Counted from the first letter of the whole stretch, positions 10,886 through 22,836 are shown. The stretch: DNA of 62,974 nt, filler included, from Licmophora abbreviata (GCA_900291995.1; 29 parts of 29 records of this genome joined end to end with filler, not necessarily neighbours in it); one strand, 5' to 3'. Notes: generated by a model from the letters alone, not told the origin. Translations and numbers: made by a program.

Positions 10886-11262
10886 NNNNNNNNNNNNNNN
10901 NNNNNNNNNNNNNNNNNNNNNNNNNNNNNTTAATTAATTAANNNNNNNNNNNNNNNNNNNNNNNNNNNNNNNNNNNNNNNNNNNNACAGTCAATGGCGGT
11001 GTCCATGTCAGGGGGGTCAAGGTCGATCACACTGAACATTGAGCATCAACAACACCCACCCACTCCTCTCACGAAAGAGAAAACGTCGAAAGACAGACGC
11101 ACTCAAGATTGAAGATGCGATGCGTGATGAGTGATGGAATTTGGAATGTGAAAATGAAAACCCAACACAGTGATGACAACAACACATCCAACAGTCGACG
11201 GGCTCCTCCGTCTTGTTCTGTCGCTCGCTCTTTGCATCGCCTTCCTCTTCGAACCAGTGGCC

Positions 11263-12317
11263 ATGAGTACCTCTACTGAACGGCCTGGATCATCGCCAGA
11301 TTTGTTGTTGGAACGCCTGGCTCAGAACGCCGCATCGTTTCCCGAAAAGACGGCGATTACATTCCTTGCGAGCGGTCCAAATGGTGGCAAGGTCCAGCAA
11401 TCCTTGACGTATCAACAGTTGACGAGAGAAACCAATCAGCTTGCTCACAGACTGCTTCAGAGCGGTCTCAAGCACGGAGATACGGCAGTATTGGTTTATC
11501 CCCCGTCTCTCGACTACATGGTAGCCTTTTTGGCCTGTCTCCAAGCTGGCATCACCGCTGTCCCGACTTTTCCACCCAATCCGGCTCGCAAGGATACCTT
11601 GTGGATGTTTTCGCGCATTGTTCAGGGATGTGGAGCTCAATTTGCTCTTACCAATGCCACGTACAATCATATGAAGAAATTGACTGGAATCAAAGACACC
11701 TTGACTCGCTTGAAACGACAACCCGCAGCCTCGTGGCCAGGAGACTTGAACTGGATCGTCACCAATGATCGCAAAGCCAACGCTACGGCAAAGTCTTTTT
11801 TGCCTGCACCGGCAGCCTCCGACTTGGCTTTTCTACAGTACACATCGGGATCTACTAGTGAGCCTAAAGGAGTCATGATTACTCATGGAAATTTGGCGCA
11901 CAATCTCACCATCATCACTCACGAACTCAAAGCTTCCTCCGATACCGTTGTCGTCTCCTGGCTACCGCAGTATCACGACATGGGACTGATTGGATCGTAC
12001 CTGGGTGTATTATACTGCGGTGGGAGTGGCTATTATATGTCTCCGTTGAGTTTCCTACAACGACCCATGTTGTGGATGGAAGCAGTGTCCAGGTATCAGG
12101 CGACACACTTGCAGGCACCCAACTTCGCGTTTCGACTGACGGCGCGCAAGTTCAACGAGGAGTCGCCTCTCACGCTGTCTTCCGTTCGACACATGATCAA
12201 TGGCGCGGAGCCGGTGGACGAAGAGAGCATAGGAGCGTTTGTGGACGTATTTGGAAAGTTTGGATTGAACCCAAAGGTCATTTATCCAACGTATGGATTG
12301 GCAGAACACACTGTGTT
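11263..12317 (+). CDS. Fatty acyl-AMP ligase (FAAL), N-terminal part
   Basis: LAFLQYTSGSTSEPKGVMITHGNL, SWLPQYHDMGLIG, APNFAF, NGAEPV, YGLAEHTV. Confidence 0.9.
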
Positions 12318-12417
12318 NNNNNNNNNNNNNNNNNNNNNNNNNNNNNNNNNNNNNNNNNNNNTTAATTAATTAANNNNNNNNNNNNNNNNNNNNNNNNNNN
12401 NNNNNNNNNNNNNNNNN

Positions 12418-13629
12418 GTAGACAAACAAGCATTGGAAGTGGATGGGATTGTTAGACTGGTTTCGGATGAGGAGGACGCCGCCGCCACCACCCGACTTCT
12501 GGGATGCGGTGTCCCTTCCCGGCAAGGTGTCGAGGTTCGGATTGTCCAGACGGAAACGCTGCAAGATCTAACGGAAGATGAGGTTGGAGAAATATGGATC
12601 CACTCGGCGAGCAAAGCCGCTGGCTACTACGGCAAGCCAGTCGAGACGAAGGACGACTTTCACGCCCATCTAGCTGGCACAGACGATAACGATGGCTACC
12701 TCCGAACTGGGGATCTCGGGTTTTTGCACAAGCAAGAGCTCTTTATCTGCGGGCGATTGAAGGATCTTATCATTGTTGGCGGTCGGAATTATTACCCACA
12801 AGACGTCGAGGCGACAGCGGAAGCAGCGTCAGAATCGCTTCGGCCTGGATGCTCTGCTGCTTTTACCATTGATCCAACTCAGCAGGGCGGTGAAGAAGTG
12901 GCGTTGCTTGCCGAGCTCCGTGAGGTTCCCTCCACCGGGGACACAAAAGCTGTCTGCGTGCCAATTGTGGAATCGATTCGTTCGGCCGTGACCCAAGAGC
13001 AGTCGTTGGCGCTCTTTGAAATTGTCCTTCTTCAACCCAGAACGGTTCCAAAGACAACCAGTGGCAAGATTGCCCGAGCTTGGTGTCGAAAAGCTTTCAA
13101 GAAGGAATCTTTGAATGTTGTTTTCCGGAAGCAATTCAAACTAACAACATCGACTGAACCGTTCGAGATTGAACAAGGGGCCAACGATGTAGTATCATCG
13201 CAGCCCCAGTCCCCGCAGCGTCGCATCGGTACAGAAGATGTCCAGAAATTACGTGCCATGAATCGCGACGATTTGTTGGGCAAGCTTGTTGCAGATATTG
13301 CGAGGATTGGTAATCTGTCCACAGAAGACATCCAGGAGGATGCCGCTATCGTTACCATGATGGACAGCCTAAGCATTTCCCAGTTCAAAGGCCTGCTGAC
13401 AGCAGAGTATGCAGTCAAAATTTCAGACGAATACTTATTTCGAGAGTCGACAACACCACACAAACTCGTGGAAGTGGTAAGACTCGGCTATGCTCCCGAC
13501 GATGATGAGGGTAACAATAGTTCAGGAGCTGATGGGTCACCAACAGCGACACCTACCAGTACCGGTAGCGCAGGCGGTCTGGCAGGTGCCCTTGGCTGCC
13601 CACCCGGCGTCTGCTGCGCTATACTTTGA
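12418..13629 (+). CDS. FAAL C-terminal part, acyl-carrier (phosphopantetheine) domain and CaaX tail
   Basis: FAAL-type insertion VDKQALEVDG...RLLGCG, YLRTGDLGF, GRLKDLIIVGGRNYYPQDVE, PKTTSGKIAR; ACP-like MMDSLSISQFKGLL..YAVKISDEYLF; ends CCAIL-stop. Confidence 0.88.
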   Translation, partial: VDKQALEVDGIVRLVSDEEDAAATTRLLGCGVPSRQGVEVRIVQTETLQDLTEDEVGEIWIHSASKAAGYYGKPVETKDDFHAHLAGTDDNDGYLRTGDLGFLHKQELFICGRLKDLIIVGGRNYYPQDVEATAEAASESLRPGCSAAFTIDPTQQGGEEVALLAELREVPSTGDTKAVCVPIVESIRSAVTQEQSLALFEIVLLQPRTVPKTTSGKIARAWCRKAFKKESLNVVFRKQFKLTTSTEPFEIEQGANDVVSSQPQSPQRRIGTEDVQKLRAMNRDDLLGKLVADIARIGNLSTEDIQEDAAIVTMMDSLSISQFKGLLTAEYAVKISDEYLFRESTTPHKLVEVVRLGYAPDDDEGNNSSGADGSPTATPTSTGSAGGLAGALGCPPGVCCAIL

Positions 13630-14222
13630 CAAAGAATGTGAAGTGCTCTGCCAGGGTACCAGTATCATCACATCAGGTTAGTCTTCTACCGGGTATCTCA
13701 AACCCTCTGGTAATCTCGACAGACCCTACCATGTTGCACCCGGCAGCCATGTATGCATGAGAAACAGTAATCATAGCTGCTCATCATCCGAAGAATAATG
13801 AAAAGTATAAATTCAACACCTGGCATCTTCTGTGGCACTTCAAGGGTGTCGTAGGGTAGGTAGGTCTATGTTGCAGAAAGAGGGCTTCACGTACTCGTAG
13901 ACTAGTCTTAGTATCTACTNNNNNNNNNNNNNNNNNNNNNNNNNNNNNNNNNNNNNNNNNNNNTTAATTAATTAANNNNNNNNNNNNNNNNNNNNNNNNN
14001 NNNNNNNNNNNNNNNNNNNGAGTACATATGTAGCAAAGACCTTTCACAAAGAGCTGGGGTCATTCATCATATCATCTGGATCCAAGCCAGGCCCAATAGG
14101 TGTGATATGTATGTGGTTCTCGACAATCTGCGTACATTGGGATTAATGCGTCGAAATGTTGTAAAAAAGTAGATGCTGTTTCCACAAAATAATACCTGTG
14201 ATGAAAAAAACGAGGTAAAGGA

Positions 14223-14301
14223 CTCCTGCCTAATCACGACAATGTTATTTGCTCAGCGAGGTAGGTCTCCAGGCTAATCAAGACAAATGACTTGCTCAGC
14301 G
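14223..14301. repeat. Degenerate direct repeat, 2 copies of about 36 bp
   Basis: ctcctgcctaatcacgacaatgttatttgctcagcg versus ctccaggctaatcaagacaaatgacttgctcagcg. Confidence 0.7.
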
Positions 14302-15928
14302 GATTTCGCATCTCAGATCATATAGGGGAAGGCTCCCACTATTTCCTTCCTACTTCAAACTTATAAGCTTCGACCCGTGTCAGAGCTGTGCGTTGGCTGT
14401 TCTTCTATTATCGACCGGTTTGCCGATGAGAACAACCGTAGCGGTGCCACTCATGACATAGCTGCAACTACGAGCAGTGCTGCCGGTCGATTGAAAGGCA
14501 TTTCAACATAGTCCAACAAAAAACACACACAAAATACCACGTAGAGTACGAAATGATAGTACTCAGCAACTGTTAGTGTTCGCACAGACAATCTCACATT
14601 CACATGCGATCTCGAAGGATGAAAAGTATGAAGCAGAACAATACTCCTCGTCATCCCGAACAATCATCGAACGAATTCAATTCATTACGCTGCCGGTTTC
14701 GAATAACCGTATTATCAACATCCCGTTGAGTGCCTTGAGATAACAAGCAAATTTTACTAAACGTTGCACTAGTGGTAAAGTCATACAGTTCACTTAGATG
14801 CGTAACAGTGTAGTACATAAAATTTATCAATTTTCATATCAACTAATTCCCTGAGATTAGAAAATAGTCAAGGGATGTTTCCTTGTCTTATAATTCAGTT
14901 TAGTGTGTACCAGTGTAGCAGCTTCATAAACAGCCATGACAATGAAAATACACAATATCTGCTAGAGAGCTCTACTGGTAATGTCATTCAGTTTAATTCA
15001 ATTTATGGCAGTGAAGCAGCCTCGAAAAAAGTGTTGATTCTCAATGGCAATGAATGCCCTGAGATGAGAAAAATTCTGGAAAACGTTCTTCTGCTGGTTG
15101 AATATGATTCTGTACAGTGTATAAGCCTCAAAAGTAAGGATGGCCATGACAATAAAATTACACGGTTTCTGCTAGAGAGCATAAAACAATCCAGGGGGTG
15201 GAAATCTAGTCTGTAAATGGCCTGATAAGTGGCACTAGACTCGCCAGGGAAACCGCTAGGAAAAGCTGTTTCGACTGATTGATTGATCGTCAACTACAAA
15301 CTCTAGGAGCTGGGCTCGGTCCCGTCCGAGGATGAGCCGCTGTTTATTCATGGCTCGTACATACCCATTTCTTCACACCCAGAGGAAGTTTTTTCATTCG
15401 TTTAGTGTCCTTTGACTAAGAATATTTGTGGAAAGAGGAGAGAACACGCCAAACAGACAAACCGATGCATGCCGCCTCTTTTCCTAGGCCCTTTTTTCAC
15501 TTGCGAAAGAGCAATACTGGAATGTAGCCACGCATTTCGTACTCTACCTGGTATTTTGTGTGTGTCGTTTGTTGAGCTGCGTTTAAGGTACTAGGCATAT
15601 GGTGCCAACCTGTGTCGGTCGGTACGGATGACGTCGACAAATATGATGATGAAAACACGGCCCATGTAGGTGGTGAGCATGGTGCCGATGATCTGAGCCA
15701 TGGCGGCTTGCGTAAGATGGATATGGAAGCGAGCAACAAACTACCCGGTACGAGAAAAGACGAGGGCCGAAGCAGCATCGACGACATCCAGCAACGCCCG
15801 CTGGCGAAGAATATTCTATCATAAATTTAGAAGGGACTCACTCAAAGAAGGATTTGTTTGTTTGACTCTCTATCTATCTTGTTGCACAGGTCATCATCGG
15901 CTTTGTCGGCCATGGAAAGGGATAAGTC

Positions 15929-16046
15929 ATCGAAATCAATGCCAGATGCATGCATTATCGAAATCAAATCTTTGACATGCCAGGTGCATTATCGAAATCA
16001 AATCTTTGACCGTACCGTGAAGGCCGGTATACATCATCGAAATCAA
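15929..16046. repeat. Short tandem array with core ATCGAAATCAA x4
   Basis: Cores at 15929, 15957, 15991, 16036. The middle two extend to an exact 26-bp tgcattatcgaaatcaaatctttgac. Confidence 0.8.
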
Positions 16047-16497
16047 GGAATCTCTGGCCCTACTGGTACCGTCAGGCCGATTCTAATCGGAGAGCCAATC
16101 TACATTCTACTCGTACATCATCACTTCACGTCGTCGTTTTTGCCAGGATACCAGGCACTTGCTAGCAATCAAGCACTGTACGATTATGTAATAAGTTTAC
16201 GTACGAGAACCAAGTTGCGTATGACAGAGCCGTTATTGCCACGACCTGGCTGGTATCAGTAGTAAAACATAACACTGAATGTCAGTCTATCTAATTTCTC
16301 ATTCCACACGCAGAACTCGATCGAGTCTTGTTGAAGCCGAAGTGATCATTCGACTTGATTGGATGTATTGGGTGCGCGAAGCGAAGCGAAAAGGATCAGG
16401 ACTTTCTCATCGACTGTATTTCATCGCCGTAGTGCGATATGACGTTGTGCAGTGGACGCATTTATTTTTGCAGCTCAATCAAGGCGCGTCTCAACAC

Positions 16498-16789
16498 TCA
16501 CCCTGGCGTTAGCCTTTGACCCGTCTCCTTCCAGACGATTCTAGCCCGCGCCCGAGACTTGACGCGAGCGAACGCGAGCCTACTTTCGGCCTTAACCACC
16601 GTCGAGTGGTCGTTCTCGTCCACCCGGTCTAGTGTCCAAGAATTCAATAGAGTCATCCCATGCCCGTCGTCCTCCTCGAACCCACCCGCTGTCGATAGAG
16701 AGGACTTGTTCCACTGAATGTTTTCTGAGGGACTGACGTGCATAGTTACGGGAAACCACGTCGAGAACAAGCGCTCGACATTGAATGGC
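16498..16789 (-). CDS. Hypothetical protein, 3' fragment
   Basis: Frame open from the spacer to the stop at 16498, with coding-like GC; no motif recognised. Confidence 0.35.
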
Positions 16790-16889
16790 NNNNNNNNNNN
16801 NNNNNNNNNNNNNNNNNNNNNNNNNNNNNNNNNTTAATTAATTAANNNNNNNNNNNNNNNNNNNNNNNNNNNNNNNNNNNNNNNNNNNN

Positions 16890-18069
16890 CCAAGGTCACG
16901 TTCGGCGCCAGATGTGACAGCATCTCTGGAAATCAAAGAAGACGAATGGGCACCAGGGACACGTGGTGGTCACGCCGGTGTGCCGCCTCCGCCGCCCAAA
17001 CTGGGACACCTACCACCCAACAGGCAGCGCTGCGATTCGAGTCCGGTAGTAATGCAAGCAGCACGAAAGCATGCATCAAAGGATGAGAAATCCCTCAGAA
17101 GGCCCATTCATTCCGTCCTCGACAGCATAATGGGACAACATGACTCAAACGGGAGAGGCATGACGCAGGCCGTTGTCACAGAGCTCGCAATGCTTCTCTG
17201 GATGATCATGGATGCAGGGAATGCATGGACTGCCATGGCTCTTCATCTGCTTTCGATGGATCAATCCGCCTGCGACATTGTCCAACAGGAACTGGATGGG
17301 CTAGCAGACTTGCACGGGAAAGAAAAGTTGTTCAGTCCTAGGGTCCTGGCCGAAATGAAGACCTTGGATGCCTTGATTTGGGAAGCTATTCGTCTGACGC
17401 CTCCATTTCTTGGCGGGATGAAGGTTGTCTCTCACACAATCGAGTTTCCCGAAGATGGCTTACAAATACCCCAAAACACGAATGTAATATTCTGTCAACC
17501 AACGGACGGGGCCTTCAATCTTTCTCGGGCTATGGGAAAGAAACCTGAGTCAATGGCCCACAGCTATCCAAGCGTCGAACTGTAAGCTATGAACTCCTGT
17601 TTTCGCGGTGTACTGGAGAACATGTTTTTGGCTCACATTGTTTTTCTTGTGCTGATCGTGCTACAGGCATGGCTTTCTCCCCTTTCAAGGACAGGAGGTA
17701 CCGCTCATGGTTCTCCAGAGCAAGGTGTTCCTTGCTGTTCTTCTTCAGCGTTGTTCACCGTTTGTTTCAAGGAAACGCACTTTCATTCGGCGAGTCAAGG
17801 CTGCAATAACAAAATCGCCCATCGTGGTCGATGAATTGGCTCACGAAGGCGAACAGACGTCGTTACATGGAAAGTCGCGTTCGTCCAACTCATTAAGCTC
17901 ACCTGCCGATACCTGCGACGATTTGATCTGCGAGCCCTGCGAGATGACCCAGACCGAGGCAATGAAAGTCTTTACCAAGATTCCTTTCCCAGAGCCTAGG
18001 AGAGTACTCCACTTCACCGAGCGAAACTCGATGGAGCTTTTACACAAGGTTTCAGGTTCAATATTATAA
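16890..18069 (+). CDS. Cytochrome P450-fold protein, 3' part, lacking the heme-thiolate Cys; intron 17582-17666
   Basis: I-helix-like MDAGNAWT, VQQELD, K-helix LDALIWEAIRLTPP, LQIPQNTNV; the spliced product reads HGFLPFQGQEVPLMVLQSKVFLAVLLQR. Confidence 0.75.
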
Positions 18070-18125
18070 AGTGGTCTTTACTAGTTTTAGAGGATTCACA
18101 GACATCATACTCAACGACAACGCTA

Positions 18126-19293
18126 TTATTTCTTCAGTAGATTCTCAAAGAAACTAGATACAGCTTCATCGTCATCTTTCTTGGGGGCGGGGCTCGGCGT
18201 CGCTGTTGCTGCCTGCTCCGACCTCTCTGTCGTCCCGCCTACGGACTGCTGCAACTGGGACAACCACGCCTCATCACCAGATGATTTAGGCCCCTTTCCG
18301 GCGCCGCCTATGGAAGCGCTCGGGGGTGACGGAGGCAGCGCCGCCCAGAGAGAGTCCTTGGCAGCATCCCAGTGACCAGGACACTCGGCATTTCGCAACA
18401 GCACACTTTCAACCATGTCTGCGTGGGGCTTCTCAGGCCCGTAGATGGGCGTTTGTCCATCGTCACGATAATATTCAGAAAGGTTCGACTGGTCTCCCAG
18501 GGAGAATGCTTTCCAGACGCGAGTCAATTGAGACACAGTCAACGCTGGCTGTTGTTGCTCGTCACCGTCACTCTGGGAACCCATCTGTACCAAACAAAGA
18601 GAGGCGTTCAGCGCTGCGGCGTACCGGCGGAGGTGATANNNNNNNNNNNNNNNNNNNNNNNNNNNNNNNNNNNNNNNNNNNNTTAATTAATTAANNNNNN
18701 NNNNNNNNNNNNNNNNNNNNNNNNNNNNNNNNNNNNNNAATCGCGCAAATGATCAAACCGAAACGCACTCCGCGATCTTCCTCTTCGGGTGCCAAACTCG
18801 ATGTCGGGTTGCTGTCTTTTGGTGCAAGACCAAATTGATTGGACTTCAAATCATACAGGGTTGTCGCGCAATTCTTGTCGCCACGGGGCGAAGCCGAGAT
18901 CACAAGCCTCACCAACGCCTCGTGAAGCACGGAAAGTGTGGGTTCGACTTGCGATGGATCCGCCAAATCGACAGTGAAACAAAAGTATGGTGTCTTTGGT
19001 ATCCTCAGCAAGTGATCCGCGAGCGCCACGGGCTGACAACGACAATTCCAGACCCCGAGATCGGGTCGATGCGGAATGGACTTGTTGCCCGCGGCTTTCC
19101 GTTTGTGTCCAAAGAGCTCTTCCTCGGTCGATTCAGTCGAAGCTGATTCAACGTCGATGGCCTGAAAGGAAAGCACAGCATGCCTTGGGGAGTCTTCAAC
19201 GTTCGGATGAAGTGTCAAAGCATGCTCGGTGTATAGCTGTACCAGCGTTGGAATAGACTTTTTTGAGGACGATAGTGTTGAGAACAGGACCAT
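18126..19293 (-). CDS. Cytoplasmic dynein light intermediate chain-like protein (split by spacer 18639-18738)
   Basis: G-domain-like LGVWN, FCFTVDLADPSQV, GLIICAI; C-terminal amphipathic helices AWLSQLQQSV and EAVSSFFENLLKK, as in LIC tails. Confidence 0.55.
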
Positions 19294-19673
19294 CTTACAA
19301 GATTGACAAATTTCTCGGTAGTCCTAGGCTTCGGGTAGCTTGGCAACCAGCTGGGGAGTGCAGTGGGGAGGAGCAAGAGAAGAAAAGAAAGGGCGAACAG
19401 TAACGTAGCTGTATCTTCACACCACCGTCAAATGCAATCAAATCAAATCCAGCATTGTGAGAAATTGATGGAGAGACAGAATGTGAGCGCCAGAGTATTG
19501 CGGTAGGAAGGGCGGACGGTGCGAGCTACGATGCCGAATCGAGCGTTGCGCGTGTTGCCGTTTCAAACAACTGTGGGAGCACGGGAGCACACAAAACGCA
19601 CGAACCCCCACCACCCTCAGCACCGCCGATGCCCCACCACCCCACGGCGCATCATCTGAGATCGAGGAGAAAG

Positions 19674-20794
19674 ATGAAGGAACCAGAAGTGACAGAAAAC
19701 GACCCAGTGACACTTCAGCGAGAAAATGAGCTGCTCAAAGACCAGCTTGGAGCGATACAAACCCAGATGGAAGAGTTGAAGCGGCAACACTACACCTCCA
19801 GATTTGCCAGCTTCCAAAAGTCGAAACACCTTAAGAACTGGTAGGAAAAACCAAAAACAGCGGGGGCGGAGCCCAGCGCCCGACAAAGATCCNNNNNNNN
19901 NNNNNNNNNNNNNNNNNNNNNNNNNNNNNNNNNNNNTTAATTAATTAANNNNNNNNNNNNNNNNNNNNNNNNNNNNNNNNNNNNNNNNNNNNGGAGCTTT
20001 CAACGATCGAGCTCGTCGATGTCGAGGTGGCCGGCCCGGCGGGCCTTCACCACCGACACACACACCACGATCAGGGTCGTGCGCCTCCTATACCACCGAG
20101 CTCACCCCCGAGAACAATCAAGTCCAAGTGTTCAGATGTGGACCTTGGAGAGAGAGGTGATGGCGTGGAGGCCGAATCTCTACTTTCTGCGTCGTCATCT
20201 GACCGGCCGATGGATCACGAAGACTGGCAAGGCCGGTCGTTTCTCGCCGACGTCTCCGATCGGGCAGGGTGGCTTGTCGGCTTGCTGATTATGCAATCTT
20301 GCAGTTCGTTCATTTTGAGAGGGCACAAAGACCTTCTTCAGGCTCATTCAGTGCTAGTGGAATATCTTACAATGCTTGTTGGCTCAGGTGGAAATGCGGG
20401 AAATCAGGCCAGTGTGCGAGTAATTCGAGGACTGGCGACAGGTGACATCACGTCCGACAATGTTAGAAGCTATCTCATGACAGAACTGAAAATGGGCGTC
20501 TGTTTAAGTCTTCTGTTGGCGCTCACGGGGTGCCTCCGTGCGGCCGTCTTTATGACTCCCTTCCTCGAAACTTTGGCAATCACAGTCAGTTTGCTGGCAA
20601 TCGTCATGACGAGCGTCGTTCTGGGGGCTGCTCTCCCCCTTGTTATGTACCATGTTGGAATCGACCCAGCTCACTCAAGCACTTCAATTCAGGTCATCAT
20701 GGACATAACAGGAGTCTCCATAACTGTTGCTGTGAGCAGTTTCATATTAGATTCGGCGTTGAGTACTCTGAGGAACGAAAATTCCTCTGGATGA
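19674..20794 (+). CDS. MgtE-family Mg2+ transporter (integral membrane domain); N-terminal coiled-coil exon tentatively joined across the spacer
   Basis: RAGWLVGLL, LTMLVGSGGNAGNQASVRVIRGLA, GIDPAHSSTSIQVIMDITG. Confidence 0.8.
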
Positions 20795-20898
20795 AAGAAC
20801 AGGCAGTCTCAGTTCAAGACGGATGGCTACGAATATTCCAATGGCTAAGAATGTTCCTTTTAATAGAGATAGACCTTTAAACAGTGTGCTACCACACT

Positions 20899-22836
20899 TT
20901 ACTGCATGGTGAAACTTTCCATCTTGAGCATTGACGCAGCGTCAATTTGCGCCAAGGCCAGTGTGCGCATAGCGCACAAGTCCTTGAGCTCCTCAGGTGT
21001 CCTGCAGTTTTCCAGTCCGCGGTCGTAAAGGGCCACGACATGACGAGCTGTTTCCAAGTCGGCAGCCAAACTCAACTTCAGCTGCCCGAGGTGGACGTAT
21101 GCTGCATGGAATTGCGGATCGACCTCAACCGCCTTCTCCAAGAGCCGAATCGCCTCCGGCGCATCAGGCAGCGCTCCATTCTCTGGAGGAGTATTTAGCA
21201 CAGCCAGTGCAGCATTCATGAAAGCGGCTGCATTCGTTGGGTCCATTTCGATCGCTTTGTCAAACTGTCTGCGAGCTTCGGCGAACTCCCTCTGTGCAAA
21301 ACTCATTTCGCCCCGGTAAGAGTGGACTTCAGAGGAATTGGGGTCTTCCGCCGCAGCGGCATCGAGAGCAGCCTTTGCTCCGGGTATGTCGTTCGTTGAC
21401 ATAAGGACCGTCGCGAGGCGAAGATGTGCCAAAAGGTGATTCGGGCGTAGCTTCAGGCACTTCTGCAGATCAGCCGTAGCTTCTGGTACCTTCTGCTGTA
21501 GCAAGTATAGGTTAGCGCGATGCAACAAGGCATCTACTGCGTCCGGATCCAAACCAAGCGCCGTATCAAAAATCGTCAAAGCTTCCGCGTGCTTCCCACC
21601 ATCCATTTTCACGCCAGCCTGTTTCACCAAGACTTCGACCTATGAAAAACGAAGAGAGAAAGACCGCCGCATCAGATAATACATCATAGTGAGCCCTTCC
21701 CCACTCCCACATAACCAGCTAGAGAACAGAGAACGTACGTTCATGGGTTCAAGCTCACTGCACTTCTCATAACACTGAGAGGCGCCGTCGAGATTGTATG
21801 ACCAATGTCGAACCATACCCGTCCATTCGAGGATACGAGCGTACTCGTCATCAGACAGGGAATCCGGGTTCACTCCCTCGATAAGCGTATACGCTTCTTC
21901 GAAATCCGCTCTAGCCAAATCGTAGTGCCGGTCAAACACATGACGCCGTCCCCTTTTCCAGAAAGCACTCGCACGCTCAACTGGATTTTCACTAGAGCTG
22001 TCTATCTGAGTCGTGAGCGAATCCACGGTTCCCCCTTTTGCTGCCTGAGACATCCATGCATGGTATCCGGTAAAACTCTGGAGCAATTGCAGAATAGTGT
22101 GGTTGGACGGCAGAGGTTTATCTTCTTTAGTCGACAGAACGGCCATGTACTTTTCAACTTCCTGAGGAAGCATGTGACCAAGAATTTCCTCCAGTTTCGC
22201 CGGTGGAACGGGAGGCGTCACCGGCAGACCCATACGCAGCTGTTCCCGATGCTGCTGCATGAAGAGAAGTTGAAGAGCACACACCTCTACCAAAGCCTCC
22301 TGGTAATGTTTCTGGTGCTCGAGTATGCGCAAGGCGCGTACACGCGCCTTGGTGTGCTTCATGTCGCGATCCAAGATCTGCCGACAGTCTTCCAGAGCCA
22401 AGTCTGGAAGGCTTCCTTTTTCATACATGGCACTTCTGTTGTTCATCAGTGTAACGATTTGCTTCGATAGGGACGACGAGGACGCGCTGCTTTCGTCAAT
22501 GAGATCCAGTGCCTCAGTGAATGCGTGTGCGGCCTCGAGATACTCCTTGTTTTTGAAGAGAGCTTTGCCTTTCTTGTCCAGCAATTCAATGTGTTCATGA
22601 AGCTGCATTTCATCTTTAGAAGTATTGGAGACAAGAGGAGTCCTTGCCTGCGAGACGGGAGTGCGAGACTGATCGACGGATTTTTTTTTCTTGAGGGGGG
22701 TGGCCGGATCACTATCGTCGTCCTTACCGTTCAGTGTAGAGCGCCTGCTGTACGTGTACCAAAGAAAAAAGCTTGCGATGGCGGCTGCCGTCAGGCTTGC
22801 TACCACGACAGGCGTCTGCTTGGAAGAACGTGCCAT
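20899..22836 (-). CDS. TOM70: TOM70-like mitochondrial import receptor (N-terminal anchor plus TPRs); intron 21640-21738
   Basis: Hydrophobic N-terminal anchor VVVASLTAAAIASFFLWYTY, clamp TPR KKGKALFKNKEYLEAAHAFTEAL..NNRSAMYE, LPSNHTI, and many C-terminal TPRs. Confidence 0.8.

Noticed and set aside
15929..16046. Mini CRISPR array
   Set aside because: Core only 11 bp, spacers short, unequal and related to each other, no cas genes, eukaryotic context.
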